From: Fimbriosthenelais zetlandica
Lineage: Eukaryota
NCBI GenBank assembly: GCA_977030845.1
Contig: OZ365118.1
Span: 18,414,001-18,478,000, forward strand
Reading direction: 5' to 3'
DNA length: 64,000 bases
The position numbers and the translations under genes are program-made. The stretch's first letter is position 1. Every line of letters begins with the position of its first letter. A model generated the notes under the pieces. That model was not told the origin of the DNA. It saw nothing but the letters and a program-made list of their open reading frames with translations, and searched no databases. Positions 13,116 through 27,263 of this stretch are shown piece after piece.

Positions 13116-15003
13116 ACAATTTTTCCTATCACCATGATTTTGCTCATTACTTAATAATTCATGTCCTCCATTAAACGATTAAACCATTATCAGTCTCATC
13201 AGTATTTTCAGTCTTATCTATCTTATTGAACTGTATCCAAATCTTTACTTTTGATAAACCTGAACCTTGGCCTAATAAGTATGGATTTTTAAAAGCAATA
13301 CAACTTAAATCATTCCTTTATTCATCCATTCTGAAGTATTGTTGAATAACATTCATTGGCCTTGTTGTCTGACTTCTTTAACTATTTTGACTCTTTCTTG
13401 CACGTTTCTTTATGACTATAGCGGCTAATCTATATAAGTTAAGCTATTCAGTTCTGTTGCACATCAGAGCTCGAAATTCACTTCCAACGTTTCCGATTTT
13501 TTGTCTATTTGTTGTGTTGTTTCTCCTTATCTTTCACCATGTTGCTGTATAAGAGGTGATAAAGCTGACATGGTCTTCAGCTCCTCTTTCCCAGCCGCCA
13601 TTTTATCCCTGAATTGTGCTGTTTTTCGGGACAGTCACTAATTCTCTGATTCCTGAACTAATACTCATCACAATCATCCCAGATTCCAGAGTCAACTTGT
13701 TTCTGTTTGCATCAGCAACATTTACGCTGGCACACACACAACATTCTTACCACACAAACATGCATCACTTCACACACTTGTGTTCTTGGTAAACACATTT
13801 TTACTTCGTTACACAACAATCCCGCCACTCTTATTCTTAACAAATCATTTTTTAGTGGTCTAACTCTCTGGGTATCTGTTATTGAAGCTAGAGTTGATAT
13901 TTAGACCTAAATAAACTCTGTTTTGAAGGTGTAGTAACTGTTTAATCCCAAAACATTACCACTTTGTTATTAATATATGTAAAGCTGTGGGTTTGAGTAT
14001 AGAGGTTTTTGTTGCACAGTTCGGCTGGTAGCCAGTCTTCCACTATTAAAGAAGTTTGTTTTGATATTGCTAATTTCATTAGTGGAAACCTATGATCCCT
14101 GACCTGATCAGTGTGTGAACCTATATCTTAGATTCTCAAGGCATGGCATAAAGCAACAGAGACTAGCAGTCTATCTCTGCCTCCCGCCGCTAGGTGAGCT
14201 CAGGTACCAGGTATAGAGGTGTAGGCCAGGTATTAGACGTGTAGAAGTTACACTTTTTCTCCAACACACGTGGCCCACCCACCAGCCTCAATGAGTCAGG
14301 GGTAAAAACTGCTCATTGAGATAAGACGGCAGGTCTGCCGGGCTGGCATTCATGTCTGCCGGGCTGACATTCATGTCTCTTCTACCTGAGACTTACAGAA
14401 TGCATGCAAATTCACCTTGTAGCTTTGTTTTCAATCTGATATGAAACTTTCCTTGTAACTGCTTGCCTTCAGGTTGTAGTATCTTGTTCATAGTTGTATG
14501 ATGTTTCCAAAAGCGGAGATACAACTTGTGCCAAACTACAGTTTCCTAATGTATTTACTCATGATTAATTAAGAAACGGGACAGCTTTCTAACGTAAATA
14601 TAACCCTGAATTACACGCAGTTGAGTGGCAGATCCCTTCAGCAGTTGTTAAGCCATTGTAAGATTCCTTTACTTGAACTCTTTCTCCGGCCATTAACACA
14701 TAAGCTTGTCTTCAATCCTAATTAAGATTGTTGGTAAGAGGCTGGTGACTTTGACCTGTCAAGGTCGAGTGACGAATGTCAAACAACTCAAGGCTTTCTC
14801 TGTCAGTGTTGATGGTCTCACTTCTGCTCCTATCATCTGAGGAGCAGGGTGGAGATTACACTGTAAACAATAGAGCATCCTCCTCCCCCGTCTAACCTGC
14901 TGTATTGTGACACTTTATCTGTTTAAACTCCAAGCTATCTCAGGTTGCCAATATTTACTCCTACCTTTCACCACCCTAGATCATATCACCCCAAACACTC
15001 CTG

Positions 15004-15122
15004 ATATTTCCTCGCAATAACTTATAGAATATCTCCTCAATAGTTTCCAGAATATTTCCGTAATAGTCTCCAGAATGTCTCCCGCAATAGTTTCCATAAT
15101 ATTTCCGCAATACCTTCCAGAT
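15004..15122. repeat. Degenerate ~23-bp minisatellite
   Basis: Units resembling aatagtttccagaatatttccgc, about 5 copies. Confidence 0.75.
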
Positions 15123-15594
15123 GTCACCTTATCTCCAGATTGTCCCTGGTGATCTAAATGCACCTCATGAACCTATTTGTTTGTAATCAGGGTCTGGGTT
15201 AGTAGCATACTTGTCACTCATTAAATGTGACCCTGCTGTGTTAATTGTACAAGTATGTTACAACTCCTGCCCCCAAACATGCCATAATCCGACCTCTGAT
15301 GAATATAAAGCTGACATTGAGCCGGGGATGAGTGTAGATGCCAGGTGAAAGGCCAGTATACCAGTTTTTTGTCAGACATTTATTGACACATAAGTCTCGT
15401 GTTTTATGATGAGACTGGATGCCAGGGCTGGCTGTTTAACATTCCCTCCAGGTTGTTTACCCTCATGGCTGATTCTACTAGTCCGCTTCTACCTCACCAG
15501 CCATTCACGGCCGAATTTCCGAAAGCGGGTCCATCCCTGGAGGTCCGGCTTTGCCCCAGAAATTATCTCTTGAGCTACAAAGTGTCATCTTTAA

Positions 15595-16468
15595 CCCTTT
15601 AATGCCGGACCCTATAGAATTGACTGTTCCAGGAATACGAAGGTCCTCAGCCAGGCCTTAAAAGCCATTTTGACCATTTTATGACAGTTAAAATGAATAT
15701 TTCATTTCATTATTACTTACAATGTTTATGTATTTCATTACACGGTGTGTTGTACTAAATCCAACCATGTAACAATTATACCTGTGGTCCAACCATAGAA
15801 AAAGTTACAACGATCGGAATATAGGAGAATATAGGAAAATTTCGCTAAACAATGACCCATTTTATTTCAATATTTAGGGCAAAATATGCTAAAAACTTTT
15901 TTAAATTTAAAAAATTGTTAAAAATACAGTTGGCACATTTGTTGGTGCTTAATTCAATGAAATGATACTTTTGATGGAAATTTCAATTTTTAAATTAACA
16001 AAATTGGTTTCCATGGTAACGTATTTTGTAGAAAAAATATGATATCTCCAAATTTGGCCGTTTCCATGGCAACAAAATGCTGTAGAATTAAAAAATCAGT
16101 AATGGAATTTATTAGAGTTTAGTCTTAGCTCCTCAATAAAGTTTACATTATAAAAATCCGATGAGAAGTGACAAAATAATAAAAGAATTAATGTATGATA
16201 CATATTTCCAAAAATAATGTACTGATGTGTTTATCAGCGATTTTCCCTGTGATAATCCTCTGCCAGGGGAATCGCTGATTCTTAAAATTTTCCACCTTGC
16301 CAACTTCAAGAGGCTGTATCTCGACTTCTAATTGGAGTTTTGGAATAATTTCTTCACCAAAATGTAGAGAATGACTTGCTCTAAATTGGCTAAAAACACG
16401 AATTGTGCCATATGGCACTCTTCGTACAGACGGGTGAGTGCCATTTGGCACTCTTAGGCATTAAAGGG
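15595..16468. mobile_element. Non-autonomous piggyBac-type DNA transposon (874 bp)
   Basis: Perfect 12-bp terminal inverted repeats: CCCTTTAATGCC (15595-15606) and GGCATTAAAGGG (16457-16468). Both ends are flanked by TTAA (15591-15594, 16469-16472). Subterminal palindromes GTGCCATATGGCAC and GAGTGCCATTTGGCACTC. AT-rich interior with no transposase ORF. TTAA TSD with CCCT ends is the established piggyBac signature. Confidence 0.85.
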
Positions 16469-19400
16469 TTAAAAGGGAAGGGCGTCCTGAGCCCTTGGAC
16501 CTGCCCCTGGATCCAACATTCAAGATGCCTCAATCATTTAGTATTCAGGCATTTCAGTTTAGAAACTCAAGGCATTTCAGTTTAATATTAGCGTCAGAAT
16601 CTAGATGCATTTCAGTTCATTATTAGCGTCAGATTCTCAAGGAATTCCAAGCTAGCCACCCTGGTATCTGTAATGGCATCTCCCCCTCTCTCTGCCTACC
16701 ATACAATGTTCCCACACCTCCACCCTCCTCCCATTCACCACCTCTATCTGTCCGCCCAGTATTTCACCCATGAGCAGCTCCCTGCTGGCTGGCTGGGTCA
16801 GTGTGGCGGCTATAGGCGAGCAGCTCTCATTCTGTGATAATACAAGTGAATCCTACCCTGATAATGGACCAGCCAACCCCTCATCCCATCCACCAGGGGG
16901 TCAGTCAAAAATTGAAAGCCATGCTGTGATCATTTTTCTGCATGGAAACAATATTTCCCAAGACCTGTCAGACTCCACACCTTGTTAGATTACAGTGCAT
17001 TATTTCTGTATATAGAGATGAGTACTTATGAAAAATCGAACCCTAATCATCCCCTGTATCTGTCCCTAAGGATCAGCCCCTAGTTCAGTTCTATTACGAC
17101 ATAAAATAGACATCATGTTTATCTTAATTCAGAGTCTACGAGTCTACGAGTCTTATGACTTGTCCACATAGTTTGACAAACTGTCACCATGATTTAGAGG
17201 GGAAAAGATAAACGGTGTAGGCATGCATGTACTTGACCAGTGATCTCACTTCCCAGACAAGTGCTCAGAGATGTTTGTAATTGTTTTATTAATATTCAGA
17301 AACATACCTTCCCTATGACTCAGGCTGCTGAAGCATCTCATATTCCTTCTAAGAATCATAGATCTTGGACATGACTCATCTTTCCCAAGCCTTCCCCCTC
17401 TATCTGGTGGTAATAAATAATGGCCAGCCCTCGTGTAGTCTCCTTCCCACGATATTATACCATACTTATCTTGACCCCTCATCGTCTACCTCCCACCCAG
17501 GCCTACAGGGAGTCTTGTTATGTACTGAGGGTGATGGGAACAATCTACAAGTTATTGTAATAAGGTGATTAAATGTTTAAATGTCCACACTTTACCTATA
17601 GTTATCAGTTAACAGAGCTGTTGCTTCCTGCCCACCTCTTTGATGTCATTTGCATTTATTGGAGGTTCAGGAATCTGCTAGTGAACCACACTAGTCTTTC
17701 CCCCACGATAAAACAGCCTATGAGGTCACTCACGTTTAAGCCGAGACATGTTTAGGATCAACTAGTGTTGTAAGGAAGGCTGGGGTGGCATTGAACACTT
17801 GAATTCAGGTAATTCAGGGCTAACAGATGGCAGGGAGTTGTTTTGTGGCCCTGACCTAGTTCTTCTGACTGGGCCTGGTATTCTTCAAACTGGTGGCATC
17901 ACAAATGAACTACCACGGCATCTCTACCCTTCTATCATCCCTGTCTCTCACACACCTCTCCTTCCATACATTTCTATAATACTCTCTCCAAGTTAAGCTT
18001 TCACAAGTTGTGGTGTTCCATCAAGAAGGACTAACACCCAAGTGGTGACTGATTTAGGAACATTAAGTCATATAAGAGTTATGTCACCATCTGTGCTTGT
18101 CTATCTCTTCCAGTATTTTTCCCGTTATTTTCATAAATACTGATTTTGGGAAGTTGCCAGTTTAAACATGATTTTGCCATCATTTTCAGCTGGGCTCTCT
18201 CTCACTCTCTGAGGGCTCTTAAGCGATAAGTTGCATGTAGTGCAACTGTACAGTTTGGTGCAGACAGGGTAGGAAAGAGACAGGGTGAAAATTTGCTTCT
18301 GAATTGTTACTATAACCTATGGTCCCATATCTCTTGTTCTATTCTATTTAACTCTGAAACATTAACTTGGATAGAATAACAGATCGCTAGTACTTGGGAG
18401 TGTGTCATATATACTGCGAACCTTTTTGGCTTGAAGGTTAAAAGCGTTATTTTTCACACATGTAGAGACTTGAGGCTTTCACCAAAGCTTGTGTTTTGTA
18501 TTCAATAGCGATAAGAAAGACAGCTATTGCCAACTGTGTGAGGAGCTGTCTTTCAACAAGCTTGTAAAGTAATTTTACCTGGCGATACATTGAGCTTAAC
18601 AGAATGTGGTTTATCAGTGCCAAATCTTGCTGTAAATAGTAACGATTTAAAGGAAACAAGGTTGGAAGTTAGAAAGACAAAGGAGAGAAAGATATAATGC
18701 AAGAATATAGTCAGAGGTTAAATTTAGTTCAGACTATGACTGGCAGGATCCAGTTAGAACATGCATATTAATATGCCAATGTGGACGTTGGCCGACTCAA
18801 CGACCAAGGAAGTTCTCCTATGGGATTAAAATGCTTCTTGATGTCCCATATGATGGATCTTGTTTTTGCTAGTGGAAGGATCAGACATACTCGCTATTTT
18901 GTTCTATCTTTAGCAGCCACTCAGCACTGAATTTCATGTGTTGTGCCCTGATCCTGCCCAGAGATAGCAGAACCTAGTTCTCTCATTCCCCCATATACAT
19001 ATCAAACCATGGACTAAGGTTTGGATCTGAAAAAATCCTCCTGGATCGAGGAGAGGGTGAAGATGAGTGATTGGCCATTAGGTGCAGTGCTCACAGTGCC
19101 TGCCATAACCCACCATCAGCTGTGAGTTTAACTTATGGCCCAGTGAAAGCCCATTCCTTCATTTCTCTGATATAGTTTTTTTTCTGCCTGGAGTCTATGA
19201 ATTATCTGGCTTCAAACTGGCACCAGGCAGATGTTTCTCTACGCTACCCCCTACACTCACTACCTCTCACATACTACACTGTTATTCCCAGGCTTGAAAA
19301 ATACCGTCAAAATATTGATCCCCGAACTGGCGAAAATAGGGTAAAATGAACATTGATTTATTAAACCGTTTGTGAGTGTTCAAGGATTGGTGAACATTGT

Positions 19401-21191
19401 AGAGTACATAGCCAGAATATTAACTGATCCTGATACATTTCTCTTCCATATATATCCGCCATTTGATTCTGCGGATATCCCCCCTTCAGACATTGCTAGG
19501 GCCAATGAGAGCCACATTTATGAGGTTTAAATGATTGGTTTACAGTGGAGAAATGCCTGTAACCCGCCCTCTAGTTTAATTAAAACCATCATCATAATCC
19601 GGCTCCGGTATCCCATAGAGAGGAGCTGCTCCTACCAGGAAGCACTCATCCATTAGATCACGTGATCACCGCTGATTGATGACGTTTCACCATGGTAACG
19701 TGCATTTACTTCACGTGGGATCCAGTTATAACATGGCTATATGTAAACATGGTGGTGGGCGCTGGCCAACTCAACGACCAAACGACAAGCCATTCATTCC
19801 CCTCATGAAAGTGTTGCCTAATCAGAAAGCAGTGACTTTAATCAGTCTTAATGTTTCAGTATGACTTTCAGTAGAGATAAGCATTTTTTTCCCATCCCGG
19901 CCCTTGAGACCTATGTAGCAGTGATACTGCCTCAGACTTGGAGCTTGCACGCCTCTGTGTAATAAGGGGTTCAGTGTGTGGGTTGTAGCTATAAGGCTTT
20001 CTGGAATCTTCTGCCTCTCTCAGACCGCCTTACTTTCCAATCAGTCACTTCCAACTCCTGCTTTGCTTCATCTTTCTCCCGTTCCATCAGCTTGGTCCAA
20101 AAATACCGACCTACTAGAGGTTTGATAAAACCTTCTGCTGGATGCAGTACCCTCATATTTCTACTGGGTTTACTAAGAAGAACCCTGATCTAAAACAGAG
20201 TCGATCTGAGGTATAGACACTATTATGGTGGAAATTCAGGTAGAATGTGAACTATCTGCTTCAAAAGCAATGTCAGAATCAACAGAAGTTTCTTGTACTT
20301 CGCCATTCGCACCTTTATTACCTCTAATTCCCCTGGTCTATCTTCCATGCACCCTCCATGCATTTAGCACCTGGTTCCACCAGCATCCACAGGCAATAGA
20401 AGATTCCCGGTTTAACACAGTGTAATTAGATGAAGCCCAAGGTGGCTGAGTGACTAAAGTACATCCAGAATGCAATCATCAACATGTGTAAAACTCCATC
20501 TCAACACGTGGCGCTGAAATTTCCCCCATTAGTCCTGAAAGATGTACCAACATTACTAGACATATTGGTAACGTCTCTTATGGCAGTTATTCGGTTATGT
20601 TTTCCGGTTATAAATTATCCCTGCATTGCCTTGAATACCAGAACTAATAACTTTTTGTAGCAGTGGAATCGGGGAAGAGTTTTATGGCGAAAAGGTTCGA
20701 CATCCATTTCCATTGGTTATTGCTAACCTATTATACCTGTAACTTCCTACTCGACTTCGACCCAGTGCTGCTAACTGGGATATCAAAAGCCATGTCTCTT
20801 ACTGCCTCAGATAACTGGACAAATGGCTATACAGAAGGCAAATACGTTCTTTCATATTGAAATACTCCTGTCAACACAATCTGGAGTGAATATATCTGTC
20901 TGTATGGTGGCCAATGCAGCTTGAAAGCATTCTCTCTCTGGGTTTGTTTTTTCTCAGAGATAAGTCCTCACCAATCTGAGCAGGTCGATAGTGGCCAGCC
21001 TTGAAGCTCTGTATGGTTTGTATTTACCACTTGATGGCTTCAGTGTTAGACTGTCACAGTGTTTACAGTCATATCAATCTGACAGGTGGCTATCTGACAC
21101 TGTACAGGCTACAATAGTCAGGTGGTGTGATGGCAAATCAGCCTCATACTCTCTCTATTCTCACTCTTGTTTCCTGAACTTTCTTGGTGAG

Positions 21192-21237
21192 GTAGAGAAA
21201 ACCTGCATCAAAAGTATTTGATGCAGGTTTTCTCTAC
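21192..21237. repeat. Perfect 21-bp inverted repeat (hairpin, 4-nt loop)
   Basis: GTAGAGAAAACCTGCATCAAA-AGTA-TTTGATGCAGGTTTTCTCTAC. Confidence 0.95.
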
Positions 21238-21499
21238 ATATCTTGAATGTCCTTTCCTTCAATGTCCAGTACATTGACCCAAGGACGCATCTTTAATGAT
21301 ACTTGGAGGCAGAATTACACCTGTTTAGCAAGGTACTATTCTAACAAATATAGAACATTAAAAAATAGAGTAGAGATATGTCTAAATGTTACAATACTGA
21401 CTACCTGTGGTCTTTAGTAAATGCCACATGTCTTGTTCTGTTTACTGAAATATTGACATTATGAGGAAGAATGGATACCCCAGTACTTGTAGCCATAGA

Positions 21500-21616
21500 C
21501 CCCCTGCCTCCCCCTGCCTGCCTCCCCCTGCCTCCACCTGTCTGCCTCCCCCTGCCTGCCTCCCCCTGCCTCCACCTGTCTGCCTCCCCCTGCCTGTCTC
21601 CCTGCCTGTCTCCCTA
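21500..21616. repeat. CCTG/CCTCCCCCTG pyrimidine-rich minisatellite
   Basis: Tandem cctgcctccccctg / cctccacctgtctg units. The overlapping ORFs are GRQAGG/PPPAC artefacts. Confidence 0.9.
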
Positions 21617-24600
21617 TACCTTCCGCTCCCCACCTGAACATGAGACAAGAAGCTGTGTGTTTGTGTTGATCCAGGTAGGCTGCAGTGATGCCCCCTCTTG
21701 ATGGTCCTCCTCACTATTTAGACAGTGCCTCTCAGGCCTCAAGTAGCACCCATTCAGGTACTTACTTTACCCCTCACATACACTCATAATGTATTGACGA
21801 GGGTGAAGTCTCTGTCAGGGGTGCTCTGCTGGGGACTCTTCAACCTCCAAGTCACGCTGACAAAAACACTCAATATTTTCTGAGATGAATTTGGGTATTT
21901 TCATAGCATTGTAAATATCCCCTGCCACGCTTAACGATTTAGCTGTCAGGAGTTATTTTTCGCCCCATAAATTACAGCTAGCTTTTCGTTGATATCTTAG
22001 TGACGTTTTGTGATAGAAACTCTCAGGTAATCTTGTGGATTTAGTCTGCAAGTTGATTCATGTGGGAAGTATAGTTTTTCATGAATGTAGTTCTTCATCT
22101 GTCATTCATTAGCATCGAATTTCAAGCCAGAATTGGGTGACTTTTAGAGCTTCCTGCCTCCCTGTTCTCAAACATATCATCCTTCTGTATCTTGTCACAA
22201 AAACCACATCCTTCCCCCGGGTGAAAAACGACGGCTCTCAGAAGTAGTAACCATGGAAACGATATATATAAATCATGATACCACATAGTTTGGACCTGGA
22301 GTGTATTTTCCACATCCTTGTCTGTTTGACAGAATTTATTGACGCAAAGCCCTTTTTATTCGCTGGAAATAATTACCGGTGTCTGGGAACTGGTGAGGCT
22401 AGTCGTGTATCATGGTCTCTATGTGTGGCTCCACGTTAAAGTGAGCACCTACAGGTATGATAAACCCAGACACATCCCACAGTATGTCAGCATATTCACC
22501 ATATCATTGCCCTCCACCCAAGGTGGAACAAAGACCGAATGTGAAAGTCAAATCCGTGTCAAAGTTGACGAACATGTTGGGTCATCCAGCCTCTCTAATT
22601 GTACTGTCTTTGACAAACTGAATGGAGTAACTCGCGAGCAGTTTGTACTACATTCACTCACTACATTGTGTCAGGGATTGAGCCTGTCTAATAGGAATGA
22701 TAATCAGGGTTATGTTTGTATTATAAGTGACATTTAACTAGAGTCTGTGCCAGGCTAGCCTACCTAACACCATTCCTGGCGTGGCTCGTGTAACTTGACC
22801 AGTCCACAACTCTCTCTCTGTATCAGTTAGAGTACACCAGACCTCCCAGTCCTCTATGAGTAAGATATGCGGAGTATGGCGGCTCATATAGTGGTAAACA
22901 GACAAGGGACAGTCTACTGAACAGGTGACCTAGCTTAGTCAGAGTTCCTGCTCATTCAGGGGGCATTAGGTCGTCTGAACAGGAGACCTAGATTAGTCAG
23001 AGTACCCCTACTCATTCAGAGACTGTCCTGGACCACAGTACATTCAAAACTTGATGCACCCTAAGTAATGTCCTCTCACTAATTTTGCATGTGTTGTGTC
23101 TGTAACTTGGACTGGAAGGTTCTTCTTTTAGATAATAACTGACATGGCGCACGGACTTCAGGTTAAGTCTGGTGTTGACAGCGTTTGTATTTATCCTCTG
23201 ACTCTGAGCTTATGGAGAAACTCAGCCTCTTTAACTGGTAACTGACTAACCTACTCTGATACTGTATAAGACTATATGGGAAGAAACTGTTAGCACTGCT
23301 CTCCAACAAACTGTCATCAAGTGTTTGTAATCTTTTACTGATTATTTATCCCTTTCCTCACCTTCTCTAATTTGGAGGCCCAGGGAAAGATGCCCTGAAT
23401 GTTTACTTGAAGAAGATCATGCCAGTTTCCTCACTTGTGATAAAAAACTTCATAGAAGCAAACAGACTGGGAAACTTCAACCAAGGCCCAGGTCATACTA
23501 GAATAATGTATTTAAGGCTACCTTCACTGGGTGCCTGGAAAGCCCAGGTGTGGGGTGGGCCATTAGAGGGCACTGATCCTCACTTCAGGCTTTCCTTTCT
23601 GATGTCACTGCATGAAATAATGTCTAAACTGCGTGTTCATTGTGACTGTTAAAGTTCATTTGTTAGCTGCTGTCTAAACCGCCTTTTGATTGTCATCGCC
23701 TCTTATTTGGCTGTTCATGCTATCTGTTCATACTGTCTCTATATGTGAATATTCTTTCATATAAAAACTTCAAAAAAAAAGTAACATAGCCTCCACTTAG
23801 AGTGTGTTTTGGCAGACATCTCATGGCCCGTTGAAGTGCACGCATGCCCTGGCCCATGTGAGAGGCATGGAGAACCCCAGCTCTACCATTACCACGTGAA
23901 ATATGATGGGTGAAGGCTGGAGACTTTGAGAAGGCAGTTGTTTTTGTCTCTGTGCTAAAAGTATCATGTCAGAAAGGAATGTGGCATGCAGGTGCAGAAT
24001 ACTGCACGAGTCGAGCTGGAGAGCGGGTCTTCAGGGGGATATGGGTAGGAGGGGATGGAAAGATTGTATTAGTTTGATATAAGAGGTGTGGAGGATGGTC
24101 TTGGTGTACTTAAGGCAGCCAAGTTACCATGTACGTTGGCAAGGAATGTCTTTTTGGTGATTACTCCTGTATGAGCACCTCAACAACAGAAACCTGAGTC
24201 AGATCATCTGTATACGCTCTGGTTTCAATCCTGTCAACGCAGTGTTTAGTTCCGGAAGGCGTTTTGATTAGAAAGCATAAAGTCTATTAGTGTATGGTTT
24301 TAATCTGCAAGTAACCTGGCAGTCTCTAACAATGATGATGGCGAGAAGTATCTGTCAGCTTTGGTTTAAATCCTGTCAGAAGTTTGTCCTGGAAGCTGTT
24401 TTGATTGGAAGATGTATGTAATCAGTTCAATTTTCTTGTACATCTATGACATTTAGTAAGTCTTCAAGGGACCTGACAAATTTTAAACAATGATGATGGT
24501 TGAGGTGATAAAGGGGACGGATTGCTGTACATTCCTCTTCCCCTCCTCCTGGCATAGACGGCCTGATTGATGTGTAGACTGTCTGAACCGGAAGGAAGCT

Positions 24601-24934
24601 TATGAGATCTGGGTCAGTCATAGCACCTCTGATCCCATGAGAAAGTCTACCTGACCCAGAGCTGGCAGACCTCAGATGACTGAGGCCCGGTGACCCATTT
24701 ATAAACTAGGTTCTCACGTGTTATCTAAGGGCAATCTGAGCTTGATTAGGGTTCAGGGTTGCCAGGCTGTTTTACTTGCCTCAGGTTAGCAGTTAAAGGG
24801 CTTGGGTTGTCTGGCCGTTCTCAACTCACCAAGTGCTTGTGCGGATCTCTAGAAATCTTATCATGGCATATATCTTTAACTCCGAATAAAATGTTGTTTA
24901 ATGTGATTGATTATATTGATTTTTCTTTGTAGCA

Positions 24935-27263
24935 ATGGCTGAATTGAGAGCAAGGAAGTCAGGAATTGCCCTAAGGATCCAGCGCAAGCTAGAGCAGGTA
25001 CGAGTAATAGCCCTACTTGATCACGTAGAAATGATTGCTTCATTGTATATTTGTATGTGAACTGACTGTGGTCACTTTGTTTTCTGTAGAGATATGATGA
25101 GGAGACAGCTCATGGTACTCAGGAGGCTATCCTAATTTGGATCACGGACACACTAGGTGATGGACATCCCAAACTGGTCAGTACACAACTCATATCACTC
25201 CCTTATTAAATAAATAACGTCTCTTTGTTACTGAGGTTTCATATGGTACCAACCAGTTTTAAATCGATCTATCACTTTTGTCATTTTGTTTAGGATTACG
25301 ACAACACAAAAGGTTTGCCATGGCGGTTTCTACAAAGTCATCTTCAAGATGGCGTCGCTCTTTGCAAGTAAGTACATTGTATCTTCAATTTTGAGATGAG
25401 ACATTCTAAACTGGAGCATATTTGAATCAAATGGTCAGGAGGATGCTTATGTTTTTCCACTTCGTTCCAGACTGATGAACAAACTGTTAATATCTGAAGG
25501 AAAACCTCCACTAAAGTTCCAAGAAAAAGCCAACACAGCCTTCATCGCTCTTGCCAACATTGAGCTCTTCAACCAAGGATGCCTGGAGTACGGCGTGCCC
25601 AGGGTGGACTGCTTCCAGAGCATTGATTTATACGAGGGTTACAAGGGCCCCCTGATGAACGTCATTAACTGCCTCAACAAACTCGGTGTCATTGTAAGTA
25701 TTTACTCCACACTCTCAATGAAATTAACAACATATAATATTAAAATTTGTGTCTTAAAATCTGAGCTAAAGTTGGTACTCAGCAGGTCATTGATGGTAAT
25801 AGTTCAAATAGAACGCCATGTTTTATTCACTGGTAAAGATTATGATAAAATAACTGATGAAAAACTTTAAGATAACCTCGTAAATGAAGAGTATATACAT
25901 ACGCTCTGTAATAAATATTCTGCTAATCGCTTGTATTTTGCCCTCAAAGCGGTAGCAGTTATAGGGCCCACAGGTCCATACTTCTCCCTAATTGCTCCCT
26001 AATGCCTAAAGAGTCGTCTGTGCCCTGAAAATGCTGAAATCCTGATTTCCATGAGCTTGACTTTCATACACTCTGTGAAAGTGGCCAAGATGGCCGCCTT
26101 TTACATTGATACTCCCACCCTCTCCCCATCATAAGATGAGAGACAGTTATACCATATATAGAGTGCTTCCTCTGCCTCCTCCATCTCCATCACCCTCTCT
26201 GACTTTTTCTGGCACCTTTAGGCTGCCAAGAAAGGACAGACCCCCGCCTACCTGCCCCCAGCACCGCCCGGCAGGGACAGCGAGCGCTGGGGAGACACCT
26301 AAGTACTATTCTCACCTTCCTTCCATAATTCTCTCTTGCGTGTACCAATGGCTATTCTAAAATTTCCAGTTTTGCCACAGAACTTTGTCACTTGATTTTT
26401 GTTGCTGCTGTTCTCATGGACTGGAGCTATGAATCTTTACGGGTTGGAGTCTTTGTGATTGCTATACATTATATTGAACACTGGCTGTCCTAATCTTTGT
26501 TAGAATAATCTATATTGATTTTCATATAATTACTTATTTTGCTGTGATATTCAGAGATGCCTAAGGAAGCACATTTATATGACAGAAAGCACATGTTTGT
26601 CAGTTTGATCGTTCGTTATAATTTCTATGTCTGGCGACACTTTCACTGTTACTTCGAATATTCAAAAGCACATGATTTGTTCTCGCTTTGTGAGGTCTTG
26701 TTTTGTTGGAGGAATTTGTCCTTCTCTCAGTTTGTTTTCCTGTATATTGGTGTTGCATGTTGCTGACCTGCTATATCTCATGCTCTGGCTGCTTACATCA
26801 GCTCTAAGTGCAGTCAACTGCATGTTCTTATGTTCTGAGACATCCGTCAAGATATGAAACATTAGGCCAAGAAAACGTACCAATCCCATCCTAAATTAAA
26901 TGAAGCATTAAAATAAGGTTAAATTGATTAAACAATGTTAAAAAATCAGTATCAATTAAATGAAATATAGGTCACTTGATCTTTAAAAATATCTTTAAAA
27001 ACCTTTTCCAAAATAAGATTTGGTTGTGCTGAGATGTTCTTTTCGATTCGTGTCTTGCAAGTAGTAGTTTAATATTGTAACTGTGACGGGCAAGTATATG
27101 TTAATGACAATTACATGAAGATTTATATATACTTTTCATCTATGTTTGTATTAAATAAAGATGTATAACTCTCTTTATCTAGGCCAACAAAAGGAACTTC
27201 GAGCCAGCATACGTACAGGTGGCGACACCTACCCGTGACAGCACCTTGTGGGGAGGAACATAG
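24935..27263 (+). CDS. Calponin-homology (CH) domain protein, transgelin/myophilin-like, 175 aa, 5 coding exons
   Basis: join(24935-24997, 25090-25176, 25294-25367, 25471-25693, 27183-27263). All introns GT-AG, phases consistent (528 nt). MAELRARKSGIALRIQRKL..LIWI..LQDGVALCKLMNKL..NIELF..GCLEYGV..FQSIDLYE..NVINCL matches the type-3 CH fold. AATAAA near 27805. Confidence 0.9.

Noticed and set aside
17500-21190. Possible minus-strand gypsy relic (PNMA-like gag near 20000-21190; pol-tail-like fragments near 17700 and 19150)
   Set aside because: Only faint, stop-ridden resemblance; needs a profile search (tBLASTn or Dfam) to support.
21800-22740. ORFs 22122-22313 (-) and 22339-22737 (+) with Cys pairs, a possible transposase relic
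   Set aside because: No diagnostic catalytic motif and no element ends found.
25694-26900. ORF extension of the CH exon and ORFs at 26106-26889
   Set aside because: They lie inside a GT-AG intron of the transgelin-like gene.
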